Origin: Octopus vulgaris
Taxonomy: Eukaryota
Assembly (NCBI GenBank): GCA_951406725.2
Contig: OX597829.1
Location: 51,336,001 to 51,400,000, forward strand
Length of the DNA: 64,000 nt
Direction: 5' to 3'
Below are positions 24,265 through 39,135 of the stretch, in pieces. Position 1 is the stretch's first letter. The number at the start of each line of letters is the position of its first letter. A program made the position numbers and the translations under genes. The notes beneath the pieces are model-generated. The model was not told the origin of the DNA. It saw nothing but the letters and a program-made list of their open reading frames with translations, and ran no database searches.

Positions 24265-25550
24265 CCAAAGATAAATCCCTATACTTGGCTCTTGTGGACT
24301 TCTACCCTGAATTTGACAGGGTTCCCCGATCCCTTATCTGGTGCGTGATGTAGAAACTGGGGATTGAAGAGTGGTTAATAAGAGCTGTACAGGTCATGTA
24401 CAGGGATGCCGTTCATAAGCTAAGGGTTAGCAATGAGTATAGTGAAGAATTCAGGGTAGAAGTAGAGGTCTACCAAGGATCAGCCCTCAGCCACATCTTA
24501 TTCATCATAGTCCCCCAGGCAAAAACAGAGGAATTCAAAGCAGGTTGTCCCTGGGAGCTCCTCTATGCTGATGACCTGGTTCTCATAGCAGAATCACTAC
24601 CAGAACTAGAGAAGAAATTTCAGGTGTGGCAGCAAGGTTTAGAATCAAAGGGCCTTAGAGTCAATGTTGCAAATACCAAAGTCCTAGTAAGTAGGAGGGT
24701 GAACACAACACAGACCCCTTCAGGTAGATGGCCCTGCTAGATCTGTAGAAAAAGTGTAGGTATAAGCTCCATAAGATGTACCCAGTGTAAGCCATGGATA
24801 CATCAAACGGTTAACCAGGAAGATAGCTTTTGTGTGTGGCAGATGCACAGGGGCAATAAACACTGCAGATGCTCAGAAAACTGATTCTATCACATGTCAC
24901 GGGGAGAAACTAGAAGTAGTCGATAGCTTCTGCTACCTAGGTGACCAAGTCTGCAGTGGCAGGGAAGCTCAGAGAGCACTGCCACTAGAATAAGAATAGC
25001 CTGGGCAAAGTTCAGAAGGCTTCTACCCCTGCTGGTGACAAAGGGCCTCTCGCTCAGAGTGAAAGGTAGATTGTATTATGCGTGTGTACGAACTGCCATG
25101 CTTCATGGCAGTGAAACATGGGCTGTGACTGCTGAATACACAAGTAAGCTCGAGAAAAATGAAGCTAGCATGATCTGCTGGATGTGTAATGTCAGTGTGC
25201 ACACACGACAGAGTGTAAGCACCCTGAGAGAAATTTTGGACATAAGAAGCATCAGATGTGGTGTGCAAGAGAGACAACTGTGCTGGTATGGTCATGTGCT
25301 GCGTATGGATGAAGACAGCTGTGTGAAGAAGTGTCACTCTCTAAAGGTGGAAAGAACCTGTGGAAGAGGTAGACCCAGGAAGATGTGGGATGAAGTGGTG
25401 AAGCATGACCTTTGAACGTTGGGCCTCACAGAGGTAATGACAAAAAACTGAGACCTCTGGAGATAGGCTGTGACTGAGAAGACTCAGCAAGTAAAGTGAG
25501 ATCACAGCCGTAGCTTACACTAATGTTGCATAACCAGCCCACTTATTGCA
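24265..25550 (+). mobile_element. RTE-clade LINE fragment (reverse transcriptase C-half; stops and frameshifts)
   Basis: QGSALSHILFIIV, WELLYADDLVLIAES, GLRVNVANTKV, KGRLYYACVRTAMLHGSETWA, WYGHVLRM and GRGRPRKMW are typical RTE ORF motifs. Confidence 0.93.
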
Positions 25551-25822
25551 GCTTTTGATGGGCTTATTTGCACTAGGCACCAAGCCAAAATTTGAACTGA
25601 ATACAAGCAAAAAGTGATGACGGTTGCTTCTGGTAGGAATCTATGGATGAGATGCCTAAGTATTTAGATAAAAGAAACAAAACATTTCCAAAGTATTTTA
25701 AACTGTTCAAATAATGATCAACTACATTAAGTAAATTGCAAGTGGGGAGAGAAAAAAAAAAGGAAAAATTTTTTTAGAGAAATGTTAATAGTTGCTCAAA
25801 AGGTTAAGAAAATTATACATAC

Positions 25823-25911
25823 CTCATGGTTTATACATTTATCAATTAATTGTAAATATATATTTCGGCTCTCCTCATCAATTCTGTTACCAACTAATAA
25901 TTGGGTACATA
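25823..25911 (-). CDS. SAMD4: Smaug/SAMD4 homolog exon (89 nt, phase 1 to phase 0)
   Basis: ttttgtag|TA ... GAG|gtatgt. Encodes [30 protein letters not shown], similar to SAMD4 [29 protein letters not shown]. Confidence 0.95.
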
Positions 25912-26339
25912 CTACAAAAGACAAAATAATTAGAAATTAGTTACTCTTAAACCATTACATATGTGTGTCATCATCATCATTTTAATGTCCACTTTTCCAT
26001 GCTCTCACAATAGGTTGGAAGAAGTTCACTGAGGCAGATTTCCTACAGCTGGATGCCCTTCCTGTCACCAACCCTCACCTGTTTCCAAGAGAAAGACACT
26101 TTCAATGACTGGAAATGGACACTGCTTGCATGATGGAGACAGTAATAAAACCACTAATAGTAATAAGCAAAATTCTGTCCAACCCACACGAGTATGGAAA
26201 AGTGGACATTAAACCAATGGTGATGATACAGGATAGGCTTCTTTTAGTTTCTGTCGATCAATTTCACTCGCAAGGCTTTGGTTGGCCCATGGCAATAGTA
26301 AAAGGCATATACCCAATTTTCATTTATTCTTAGATTTAA

Positions 26340-27430
26340 TAATGAAAGGAACCAGACTGAGCTTTGAACAAAGGAAAATTATTCCTGAAGTGTCTCAGAA
26401 AGTTTGAAAATATAATGGAAATGCAAAGACAGTTCAGATGAGTGTTCCAAACAGATCTGCCTGTACAACATACCCTCATTTAAAGTCTGAAGCAGATTGG
26501 AACTGTTCAGAATGTGCACAAGAAATGTTCCAGAAGACTATGGACATCTATGAGCCCCACAAAGCAAGAAAAGGTACTAGAAATATATTGCCAGACTCTC
26601 AGAGTGGTTGGCGTTAGGAAGGGCATCCAGCTGTAGAAACTCTGCCAGATCAAGATTGGAGCCTGGTGCAGCCATTTGGTTTGCTAGACCTCGGTCAAAT
26701 TGTCCAACCCATGCTAGCATGGAAAGCAGACGTTAAACGATGATGATGATGAGTTCACAAAAAATCTGCATAGCAAGGGAGTTGCGAGAAAGAAGAAGCA
26801 CTGACATTAGTAAGATTACATTTCAAGAAAATCACCCAGACCAAAGAGTGGCGTTTTGTGAGTGGTACTTGGCAAGATGCACACTTTCCAATAAATATCG
26901 TCTCCACATATTACAGAATATCATGTTAATTTACCAGAAGTTATAGTATGGTGTTGCTTACCATTGAAAAAAGATCAATTGAAGCATTCTTTTGTCATGA
27001 TACTATGACTGGTTCCACTTTACTTGAACTTGCTGTGACAATCTGTTGTCCCAAGTACTCAAGATGACGTAAGACATGGAGTTTTACTTCCAACAAGATG
27101 CAGCACTCCCTCTCACACATACACACTACCATAGTTATGTAAGGGCCTACCATGACATTTTGCCAAACAAGTGGATTGGACAAAAAGGTTCGGTAGAATC
27201 CAACTTCTTGTTTGTCAGACTTCACACAAGACTTTTTTGTTTTTTATGGGGATACTTAAATGATAAAGTTTAGAGTACAAATTCAGCAACTTGTGATGAA
27301 TTTGAGGGCAGCCATTGAACGAGAATGCACACAAATGCCAACTGAGATGTTTCTTGACATTTGCAATCCCTTTGCTTCCCTTTATCAAGAGTGTTTGGAC
27401 CAGAACGGTCATCAGTTTGGAAAACGGGCA
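26340..27430 (+). pseudogene. Degenerate Tc1/mariner transposase, interrupted by an RTE tail at ~26595-26752
   Basis: SFEQRK / KFENIMEMQRQF at the N-terminus, then FYFQQDAA, LPNKWIGQKG, FLWGYLNDKV and ECLDQNGHQF match DD-D/E transposase motifs. Confidence 0.82.
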
Positions 27431-27489
27431 GTAGAGAAAAAAAATGTCCCCCACCCCACCATGAGATTTATTTATTTTCTATCACAGTA

Positions 27490-28195
27490 CCGCATCGACT
27501 GGCCTCCGTGCTGGTGGCACATAACAAACACCATCCGATCATGGCCGTGCCAGCCTTACCTGGCCTCTGTGCCGGTGGCACGTAAAAAACACCATCCGAG
27601 CGTGGCCGTTTGCCAGCCTCGTCTGGCACCTGTGTCAGTGGCACATAAAAAGAACCCACTACACTCACGGAGTGGTTGGCATTAGGAAGGGCATCCAGCT
27701 GTAGAAACACTGCCAGATCTGACTGACCTGGTGCAGCCTTCGGGCTTCCCAGACCCCAGTTGAACCGTCCAACCCATGCTAGCATGGAAAGCGGACGTTA
27801 AACGGTGATGATGATGATGAGATGCGGGTAGTTATTATGAACAACCCTTTTCAGGGCCTCTCAAACTGGTGAAAGAATAGAGTGAGTGTAGAGCCTCATG
27901 GAGGCAATGACCGAGACCTTTGGCATTATGTCGTGCTTGAGAAGAAGACTCATCAAGTCAGGTAAAATTGCAGTCATGGCAGATACCGGTGTCACACAAA
28001 TGGCACCCGTGTCAGTGGCACATAAAAACACTTATTACACTCTCAGAGTGGTTGGCATTATTAGGAAGGGCATCCAGCCGTAGAAAACCATGCCAAATCA
28101 GACTGGAGCCTGGCACAGCCTTCCAGCGTGCTAACCCAGTCAAACCATCCAACCCATGCCAGCATGGACAACGGATGTTAAATGATGATGACGAC
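27490..28195 (+). mobile_element. Two adjacent RTE 3'-end copies with (ATG)n tails
   Basis: Homologous to 7305-7880. More copies lie at ~12420-12636, 29425-29602, 35570-35848, 37185-37505 and 55660-55860. Confidence 0.75.
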
Positions 28196-28485
28196 AAATG
28201 GGGAACAGGCCTGGATGCTTGCAACAGAATGAACTGCTATATAGAAAAAAAATAAATAATTAAAAGAAATTTTTTAAAAAAGGCCCCCAAGAATCAAGTG
28301 ATGGTGTTAAACAGGCCAACAGATTAAGCCTCCCACCTATGAAAAGGAAAGGTTTTGACCCTTGATGGACTTTCAGACAGTTCCTATCTCAAGGAGAAGA
28401 ATTTGGTTATAAACATACAGCAACAGCGATGGCAATGATGATAACGATGAGTTTATAATCTTACAAACTGAAATCAGAAACTTAC

Positions 28486-28687
28486 TTTTCCCCATAACTC
28501 TGGTGAATTGTTTTGGAAGATCCTCGCCTGCCTGTGAAGCATCTCCTTCAGAGATTGGACTTAAATTTGGTTTCCGTATCGGTAATTTATCATTTGATGC
28601 TATGTCAGCATTTGCTTTCATTGGTGTATTTAGAATGCTCTTCAACTCTGCCAATGCCGTTTTAATTGAACCACCACTTATGATATT
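28486..28687 (-). CDS. SAMD4: Smaug/SAMD4 homolog exon, PHAT-like region (202 nt, phase 0 to phase 1)
   Basis: tttcag|AAT ... AAAA|gtaagt. Encodes NIISGGSIKTALAELKSILNTPMKA...GEDLPKQFTRVMGK, similar to SAMD4 DLPGQFTRVMGK. Confidence 0.94.
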
Positions 28688-30581
28688 CTGAAAAAACAAA
28701 TAAATAAAATGAGATAGAGAGAGAGAAACCCTGTGTTCTGTGTATGTTACATAAACTTAGGTATTGGCCAGCATTGGCTTAAACCAATGGCTAATCAAAG
28801 AGGTGGTCCATGAGCCATCAGCTGCCGATACGCAGTGAGTTTCCAGAAAAGAAAGAAACATTATAAAATGCTGATTATTTGTTTACAAAATTGTCAACTT
28901 TTATTATATTCATTATATATATTGTTTCCTGTATAAATTAATATTGCTAAGAAATATTACCGGTCCCTGGCACATTGGGAAAAAAAAAACTACCGGTATG
29001 CCACATCAGATAGTTTGAGAAGCACTAGCGTAGACTATTTCTAAATTGAATACAATGAACTAAGAACATATTTACTATTTAATTTTTCGAATTTTCACAT
29101 CTACATATACTGCATAACCTTCTTGGAATTTTGAAAAATTCTCTTAACATTCCAGAAATCTACATAAAGGTCCCCTAAGACCCTAACAAGTACTGCCCTT
29201 CATCAGTTAAATACTCTACACAAGGCCTGAAAACCCTTTTGATACCAATCCAACCAAGACCACCCTTAAATCACCAACACAAACTTCCTGCTTAAAGTTA
29301 TCTAAACTAAAAACTTTCAGTAATCAAACTTTCAGATTAATTCTTATTTCAAACATCGTTTTAATAACAGCAAAGTCATTTTACTAAACTGTCCCTTATT
29401 TTCAAAATGAACTGAAACAAAGGCTGGTGCCAGTTAAAAAGCACTTTGTCCACTCTATGGGGTGGTTGGTGTTAGGAAGGGTATCCAGCTGTAAAAACCA
29501 TGCCAAACCAGACACAGTAGCCTGGTGTAGTCTCCTACGTGGCTGGCTCCTGTCAAACTGTCCAACCCATGCCAGCATGGAAGGTAGAAGTTAGATGATG
29601 ATGAAAGAAAAGCAGAGCATCTCAACAAAAATATGGTAACAAAAGGGTAAAAGGAAGAGTCTAGCAGCGGCAGGGAAGGAGATTCTTTGTCTCACAGTCG
29701 ACACTTTGATCTGAATGCTTGCAACAGAGGACTCTGCTAATGGTGCCAAATAGACAGGAGGTAGCGCTAACCCATTAGCATTTAAACCAGTCACATCTGG
29801 CCAAAATATTCTACCAGTGTTATGTCCAAACAGTTACACCATTGAAATCTTGAATGTGAAAAAAAAAAACAGTTGAAAAGAAAAGCAATGAAATAAACCC
29901 TTCAGCATTTAAACCAGCCATATTTGGCCTAAATATTCTCTGTTTTATGATCAAACTGGCCATATCTGGCCTCTCACGCTTACCCTACAATATTATTCAA
30001 AAAAATCTTATCAAAACTTCAAAGCTATGAGATAATGCATGATTAATTCAACATAATGTGAACCAATAAACATTACATATGACATTAGTAATTTGGATGC
30101 TAAAAGGGTTAATATAACACTAATAAATATAAAAATATTAAATTTGGTTCATTAGAATAAAGTATTTTTTTTTAACAAAGTTTCTCATGTAAAAGCATGT
30201 ATAATCTCATCCTGTAGTAACAGATTATCTTAATCCTTTGCCTCTACAGAATATTTTCATAAGTTTGTCCTAAACATCCATACTTACTTTCGGTCTTTAA
30301 ATTAGCCTTTGTTTCATACATTCTGAGTAATATAAAACTTTCTTTTCAAATGTCCCAAAAACTTTCTTTTCAAACGTCCCAACTCTGGTAGTTGAAAAGA
30401 ATTGGGAACATGTGTATCATATACAATGCATGAACGTCAGGGAAATATCTCTGGCCATGTCACATGGGATACACAGGAGAAGAAAAGGGGGTTAATAGAA
30501 GCTTTCCGTTAAGCACTAACGATGGCATGGTCAGTCCTTTCAAATATAGAAACTTTTTAGATGGAAAAGGTTTATAATTAC

Positions 30582-30668
30582 CTGTTCTAAAGTCCTCAAA
30601 AGCTTGTGTCTGTCTTTTAATTTTTGTATACTTAATACTATTTTGTGTCGTGCTCCTTTTGTAACATT
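30582..30668 (-). CDS. SAMD4: Smaug/SAMD4 homolog exon, C-half of SAM domain (87 nt, phase 0 to phase 0)
   Basis: ttttcag|AAT ... CAG|gtaatt. Encodes [29 protein letters not shown]. Found by manual translation; it is not in the ORF track. Confidence 0.96.
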
Positions 30669-33277
30669 CTGAAAAGAATTAAAAAAATCATTCCATGAAA
30701 TGAACCAATGTTTCTGTCATGTTAGAAAGGGGTGTGTCTCTCTTTACTCTTTTACTTGTTTCAGTCATTTGACTGCGGCCATGCTGGAGCACCGCCTTTC
30801 GTTGAGCAACTCGACCCCCAGGACTTATTCTATCGGTCTCTTTTACCGAACCGCTAAGTAACGGGGACGTAAACACACCAGCATCGGTTGTCAAGCAATG
30901 CTAGGAGGACAAACACAGACATACATATACATATATACGACAGGCTTCTTTCAGTTTCCGTCTACCAAATCCACTCACAAGGCATTGGTCGGCCCGGGGC
31001 TACAGCAGAAGACACTTGCCCAAGATGCCACGCAGTGGGACTGAACCCGGAACCATGTGGTTGGTAAACAAGCTACTTACCACACAGCCACTCCTGCGCC
31101 TATGAATGAATTAGATAAAACTTAAAAAATACATTCCATACATGGAGCTCCTGTCAGACTGTCCAACCCATACCAGCATGGAAAAACGGATATTAAATGA
31201 TGATGTCATCATCATTGCCATCATCATCTTAACCTCTGCTTCTCCAGGTTTGCATGAGTCAGATAAAATTGTTGAGGCAGATTTTCCTACAGCTGGATGC
31301 CTTTCCTGTCACCAACTCTCACTTGTTTTCAGGCAAGGTAATACCACTCCATGATTGGACACATTTTCATCAAAGACTGTGAACGATCTGTATCGCTTGT
31401 ATGACAGGATTCTTGTTTAGAACCAACATGTGATAATCCTAAATGAGCATCCCTTTCATCAAGACAAGGAGACATTAACACACACACACACACACACACA
31501 CAAGTGATGGGCTTCTTTCAGTTTCAGTCTTCTAAATCAAATCACAAGGCTTTGGTTGGCCGAGAGCAATAGCAGGAATACCTTGCCTAAGTTGCGGCAC
31601 ACAGAGACTAAACCTAAAAACCATACAGAATTAGGTACAAGAACATCATTTAAGCTTTTGGGACTATCTTTAATGAAGTAAGCCGTCTATGCATTTTTAA
31701 ATTAATCTAATAATCGACTTCATTATTAAACTGTTGTTTAGATATAATTGAAGAGATGGAAAATTTTAATTTAAATATGAACAATTGAAAAATTATTGGT
31801 TTTGCATCAATGATGCCCGTTGACCGTTTCAAGCAGGTTTGTATAAAAAAAAGCAAATATTTGAGTTGACTCATTAATGGTCAATGTTTTATTCTAGGGA
31901 CAAAGATTTAAAATATTTATTCTTTTACTTGTTTCAGTCATGTGACTGTGGCCATGCTGGAACACCACCTATAATCGAGCAAATCAACCCCAGGACTTAT
32001 TCTTTGTAAGCCTAGTACTTATTCTATTGGTCTCTTTTTTGCTGAACCACTAAGTTACAGGGACGTAAACACACCAGCATCGGTTATCGGTTGCCAAGCG
32101 AGGGGGTGGGGCAAACACACATATATATATACTGGGCTTCTTTCAGTTTCCATCTACGAAATCCACTACCAAAATTTTGGCTGGGCCAAGGTGCCACGCA
32201 GTGGGACTGAACCTGGCACCATGTAGTTGGCAAGCAAACTACTTATCACACAGCTACTCCTAAAGATTTTTGTGTTTCTTTTGTTGTATAAATAAAAATA
32301 CATATAAAAAAAAAGGAACAAGAGAAATATAATAAAAGCGCCCTTAGGAGCTAAGAAAATGTAAAAATTCATAAATAATATTCTAAGTTGAATTATGGCC
32401 TTTAAGGGGTTAACAAATATTTTTTTTCTCAATTACTAGTCTACACACAAATGGTCAGACAGAAAAATCTATAATAGCCACAGGTATTAACAAATCTAGC
32501 ATGGGCTATTCTGATTATGTTCAGAGAAGATGTACAAGAATACTGCAAAATTTGCTTTTATCCTTCAGATCAACCAAACGATAACAAAACTAAATTGTAC
32601 TAATACATTAAAAAGTGGGGCTGAAATGAAATAAAATAGAAACTGTTTGAGGTGTTTGCTAAAAACAATTGGATAGTATCCATTCTTTTCATGATAGCAT
32701 GGGTTGGAGGGAAATTTATATGAGGCACGAATTTACAGCCAGATGCCTTTCAAGGCACTGGCCCTAGTCTGTTTTTCAAGGGAGATATTTTTTTTTATTC
32801 TGCTTACCTTTTGCAAGTGCAGATCAACAGAACATGTTGTCAATGGAGTATTTAAACATCACATCAACATTTTGCTCAGACAATGACAACAAACAGGAGC
32901 TATATGAAGTGTCAACACTCACATGCACACGACAGGCTTCCATACAGTTTCTATTTACTAATTTCATGCACAATCCTCCATTTTCCCTCTCCACAACCAG
33001 AGTGTGATCTCCTTAGAATACCCATATTTTGCTCATAGTTAGTTGTTCAAGAAGAATGCCAACTGCATTGATGCCAGTAGCCTTGAAAGGCTTTCAGGTG
33101 TCATGCACTCATTACTGTACCGAAATAATTAAAATACAAACATATGGTAGTTAACCTATTTGTCTAATAAGTAACTAATTTATATAACTACTTGACTATT
33201 CTATGTACATCACAAATTTGAAGAAGCTGTTATGCCATCAGAAATTGAATCGGTCATTTTGAAGTAGTCTTTTCACG

Positions 33278-33308
<31 letters not shown>

Positions 33309-34313
33309 TGTGTGTAAGAGCTAAAGAAGAAGAGAAAGGGAGAAGGATAACAGAAAGAGAGATGGGGAGAGGAACAGGGAAAGATTTTCTTTCTAATGAA
33401 GGATCAATTCCACCTAATGTCAGATCCCTCTTTCTGAAATGGTACGTCTAGCCTCGATCATCATAGGGATTTGGTTCCAGAACAACACAGTGATAAATGA
33501 ATCATCTCCAAATGCTTTGTAAACGGGACAAATGGTAGAATCATTATCTCCATCTGTATAAATCCTTATAAAAATTTTAAAATGCAGCATTGCAGCACCA
33601 TCATGCAAACAAGCAATAATCTGTGTATTCTGAGCAGTCGACACTGGGGGTGTTCACTGAGGCACATTTCTGCCGCAGAAGCAAAATCTTTGATCACCAA
33701 CCCACGTTATCACAGATCAATCTGTGATAAGCATAACATAGCTTGCAATTGAGCATACCATGTGTTATCCCCAGATCAGTGAGAAGTGAATCAGAGAGAT
33801 ATGAATTTAAAGGGTAAAGAACCCCTTCTGACATGAATGACCATGGGATAGCACTTAGAAAGTTCCCCTCCGAGACACGAGTCATGGGCAAGGTTGCTTA
33901 AGAAGACCAGCAGTCACCCATGCATACCAGCCTCCCTTCTCTATGTCATTGATGTTATCCAAGGGAAAGGCAAAGGGGACGATATAGCCTGGCACCAGTG
34001 ATTCCACAACTCATTTCTACAGATGAGTGAACTGGAACAACATGGAATAAAGTGTCTTGCTCAAGAACGCAACACACAGCCTGGTCCAGGAAATGAACTC
34101 ACTACCTCATAACTGTGAGCTCGACACTCTAACCACTGAGCCAAGTGCCTTTACATGTTACATGTATGTAAATTTATCCAGACCCATGAACTTCACTACA
34201 AAGTTTTCTCTGATGCAAAAACAGTCGTTAATTTCCTCAGACTGATTCCTGGTAGCTTTATGCTCCTAGAAGGGAAAGCAACAACATTTTACATTTTATG
34301 TTCCTGTTAATAC

Positions 34314-34423
34314 CTGCTCTTCGAGCCATTGTTCTGAAAGATCCATCATGTCTTCATAACTCAACAATTGAAATAAGTAGGAGTATTTGTGTAATCGCAG
34401 ACTTTTCAACCAAATAGGAACAT
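34314..34423 (-). CDS. SAMD4: Smaug/SAMD4 homolog exon, N-half of SAM domain (110 nt, phase 1 to phase 0)
   Basis: ttgtag|AT ... CAG|gtatta. Encodes [37 protein letters not shown], the Smaug/Vts1 SAM signature. Confidence 0.97.
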
Positions 34424-37400
34424 CTACAACAAAAATAAAATAAAATGAAAATAAATCAAAAATTAAAATAAAAACCAAAAAGCAAAAAAAAAAAAAAAAA
34501 TCAAATAAACATAAACATATGTTGCAAATAAACATAAAAAAAAAACATAAGTTTAGTAATGTATCTTAGAATAATAATCTATATTTTTCTATGGTTATTA
34601 TTCTATAGAATAGCCATAGTAAAATAAAAGTGTGTATGTGTGATATTTGTTTTAGTATCTAGTTTTCTGTGCTTGCATGGATCAGATAGAATTCAATGAG
34701 AGTTTTTCTATAACCAAATGACCTTCCTGTTTCCAAGCAGGGTAATATTTCTTCGTGGTTGGACATATTTTTACAGAAAATTGGAAACCATTGGCACTGC
34801 TTGCAGTGATGGTTCCTTTACAACCATCACGTGATGTCAAGACAATCAACCCCACTCCCCATACAATATATAGATTCAAGTAATCCAGTGGTACTCAAAA
34901 GAAAAACTCTTTAATGTATCACCATTCTAGAAAACAATAAGGAGTGTATAAAATTATAAATAACGAGAGAAATAATTTGTCATGAAATTTGAATTTTCTT
35001 GTTAGATAAAATTTCATCAAATTGTTTCGTAACTTAAAAACATGTAAATAATTTATATCATCATATCTAATAAATAAATAAATTACATGCAAAAAATCCT
35101 TCAAAATAATGCAGAATTTAAGCTACATCTTCAGGTGAAAGAAAGTCTTTGTTAAATAGTAAATTCTCCTCTTACATACATAAACACAGACACACAAAGA
35201 ACTTCTTTCGGCACTAGAGGTACCATATAGGTACTACTTATAATACAGCAGTCCCGATGGATCTACGTAATGATATGAAGGGGAGGTAATCTAGTTTTAC
35301 CAAAACTACTGTTAATGATGTAAGGGACTCCACAATATCGTCTGTTTTTAATTTGATGTTATTACAGTGCACACTCATTAGGATTAGATTTTAGGGTTAG
35401 GTGGTGTGCACGCACTTTACCTTCACCCATTTTATGATATTATGACCATCTCTTATGCTTGTATCAGCAATATGTGTCATTACTCATCCATACAGCGTAC
35501 ATTTAAAATGTTTTGCATGTAACGCACCATGACTTTTGAAAAAAAAAGTCTACCAACTTCTTTGGATCATTTGCACTGGACTGGCTCCTGTGCAGGTAGC
35601 ATGTAAAAAACACCTTTTGAGTGTGATTGTTGCCAGAACTGTGTGATTGGCCCTTGTGCCGGTGGCACATTAAAAACACCCACTACACTCTAGGAGTGGT
35701 TGGCGTTAGGGAGGGTATCCATCTGTAGAAACTCTGCCAGATCAGACTGGGCCTGATGCAGCCTTCTGGCTTCCCAGACCCCAGTTGAACCGTCCAACCC
35801 ATGCCAGCATGGAAAGCAGACGTTAAACGATGATGAGGATGATGATGAGCACAAAAATGAAAGGACATTATTGACTAAGAAAGAAAAAAGATTTTCACAG
35901 TTCCATGTCTTATTAAAAATTTTTTTAAAAATTGGATCTTTCACCACACTACAATTTTCCCCAGGCCCCACATTAGAAATCACAGATCTAAAATGTTTGT
36001 GAAAACTCAAGCATGGAAAACTGGTTGTAAAGTGCAAAGAGAACAAGTGAGAGATATGAATAGATACATCATCGTTGTTATCATCATTTAACATCCCCTT
36101 TTCCATGGGGTGCTTGCATTCACAACTGCCAGATTACGGCTTTGCTTCCCAAACCGGGTAGTGTGTTGTGTTCTTTGAGCAAAACACTTTATTTCATGTT
36201 TCTCTCATTCACTCGGCCATAATTGAGTAACCTTGTTATAGACTGGCATCTTGTTTAAGGAGAATGTTATGATCTGAGCCACTTATACAGCATGGAAACA
36301 ACGTATGCAGGAGGACCCAAGAAAGTAATGTCCTGGGCTCACCTGTTATTCTTTTTTTTTTTTTTATGGATTCAATGGAATTTACTGAGGCAGATTTTCA
36401 AAAATCAGATGCCCTTGCTGTTGCTAACTCTCACAGGTTTCCAACCAAGAAAGGTAATATTTTCCCCCCTGGGCCAGATGTGGTTCCACAAGAGAGACTA
36501 CAATGAACGACATTGCTTGTATGACAATAACATTCACAAACTGTTACCACAAGATAACAAAACACAGATACATACATCCACACTTGAGAGGTTGGGCTTC
36601 TGTCAGGTTCTACCTACCAAATCCACTCACCTCAGTTCACATGAAGGGTATAAATAGAAGTCACTTGCCCAAGAGGCCACACAGTGGAACTGAACCCGAT
36701 TCCATGTGGTTGGGAAGTGGATTTTTTAACTACACATCCATGCCTGTGCCCTGTCATGTCTGCAAGAGCAAGCACGAGCAGGAACAGATGAAGCATATTA
36801 TGTGATGCTAGGTTCATTTATTATATGATATTGTATAAACTTTCATAATTATTAATGGAAAATAAAATTAATGATATCTGCCAGTGGATAACATCTGGAT
36901 AACATTTAAACTAAATTGATATCAAATTTCAGTAATTTGTAATAGAAATAATTTTTAATCAAGAATTCCAATTTATTAACGCTTTTGACTTGAAAGTTGA
37001 TACAATATTTTATTTGGTTGCAGGAATTCACAAGCTGCTTCTGTTGCAACTTCATAGTTTGAACTTTAAAAAAAAAAAGAAAGATACTTTATTTCAATTT
37101 ATAGTCGAGGAAATTTTATAATTTCATAACTAGAAAGATCTTTTTAATGCTGAAGTTCAATATCTCGGATACATTATATTGAATATATGCCGTGCTTGAG
37201 GAAACCTCCTGAGTCAAGTAAATCAAAACCAAATCAAATCAAATGGAAATTGTAGTGGTGGCCAATACCAGTGCTGATTGCTGCCAGAGTCGCCTGACTG
37301 GCTCCCGTACTGGTGGCATGTAAAAAGCACCCACTACACTCTCAGAGTGGCTGGCGTTAGGAAGGACATCCAGCTGTAGAAACATTGCCAGATCAGAATG

Positions 37401-38399
37401 GAGCCTGGTGCAGCCTCATGGCTTTACCAGACCTTGGTCAATGTGTCCAACCCATGCCAGCATGGAAAACAGATGTTAAATTATGATGATGATGATGATG
37501 ATGATCCACTTTGAAGAAATAATTTAATACATTTAATATTTTTTTGTTCTGAGTTGTAATTAGAATGAAATGAGTTATAAACAAAGTCCAAATTAATTTT
37601 ATTATGGACATGACAGAGGAAGAAGTAAAGTATGGTTAGGAAATATTAAGGTTCCTTAAAAAAAAAAAATTGTGAGAGAGAGAGTCAGCGAGAGAGAAAA
37701 GCCCTTGTGTGTTGATGTGTTGCCATGGTGAACTCATCCAATTCATTCCAGAATTATTTGTTTCAGTCAATAGACTGTGACACTGCTGGGACACCACCTT
37801 GAAGGTTTTAAGCCAAACAAATTAGTTTTTAATTTGACTTAAACTTATTTTAAAACCTACTTTATAGATTTAAAATTTAGCCAAACTGCTCAGTTATAGG
37901 AATGTATACAAACCAATACCACTTGTCAAGTTGTGGTAAAGGACAAACACAGAAACACACACGTATGTACATGTATAACAGGCTTCTTTCAGTTTCTGCC
38001 TACCAAATACACTTACAAAATTTTGGTCAGACCAAGGCTCTAGTAAAAGACACTTGCTTTGGGTGCCACATAGTGGAATTGAACCAGGAACTATGTGGTT
38101 GGGAAGCAAATTTCTTAACATCTGTTTTTGCATGCTAGCATGGGTTAGATGAGGAGTTACTTCAGGCAGGATTTTATGGCCAGATGCATAAATCATTACC
38201 TCTTTTCAAGAGAAGTTATTTCATATTTTATTCGAGACGTCTTTGAAAGCACAAAGTGACCAGTCATTTCAACATCATCACATTTATAAATTTTATAACT
38301 ATTTTCTCTATTGTTATAAATCTTAAATATCAGTTCTTTGAAATACACAATTATTGGTAATGCCCCAGCATTGTCTAGGTCAAGAAGGAGTAACATTAA

Positions 38400-38624
38400 T
38401 ACAAAGGGGGTTGATGAAAAGTTCCTGGTTTTAAGGGGATTGTAAAAGGACTGGTTGGAGGTCTAAATTTCTGAGTTTTTTTACAGGTCTTAGAAAAACT
38501 GAAGGACCGCTGCATTAAGTGTGTGAATCTGTGAGGAGAATTAGTTGAATAAAATCATAATTAACTGATATCCTCCTGCATTTTCTTTTACCCAAAGCCA
38601 GGGACTTTTCAGTACCCCCACATA
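38400..38624. mobile_element. Tc1/mariner-type MITE (inverted relative to 16951-17172)
   Basis: TA ends, TIR GGGGGTTGATGAAAAGT / ACTTTTCAGTACCCCC, and internal homology to the first copy. Confidence 0.75.
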
Positions 38625-39135
38625 TACATTACTCACAATTTACTGGCAGAATTTTAGAGCACTGTATAAGATTAAACACACAACTAAAATGGTAAAATTT
38701 TTGACCCCCACCTATCATCCAAAATCCATGCATGCTGACTTTATATAAACAGAAAGACAGACTACCCTCCTTTATTTCCAGCATTTGAACAATCTCTGTA
38801 TTCAATTGCTAATGTCTTTCTATCATGCCACACTGTATGTGCACATTTTATAATTTGCCTCTGATTTGGTCTTTCAGAGGGGAACACTTTGAAACCAACA
38901 GAGGTAAATAGTTCTCAAATTTTTTTCAGTCTTTCCTTATTCTAGCTACTATATTTTCACCATTGCCGGCAATAAATAATTAGCCTAACAAAGCATTTCT
39001 TAGGCTCAATGGGTTAACTCATACATAGTTTCTAAACGGGGTGGGGAGGAATTGTGATGGCACGGTTAGGTTGGAGGTGTTGTCAACAAATTGGCCTGAT
39101 CAATAAATTCTTAGGAGTTAAAATGCAAATCTTAC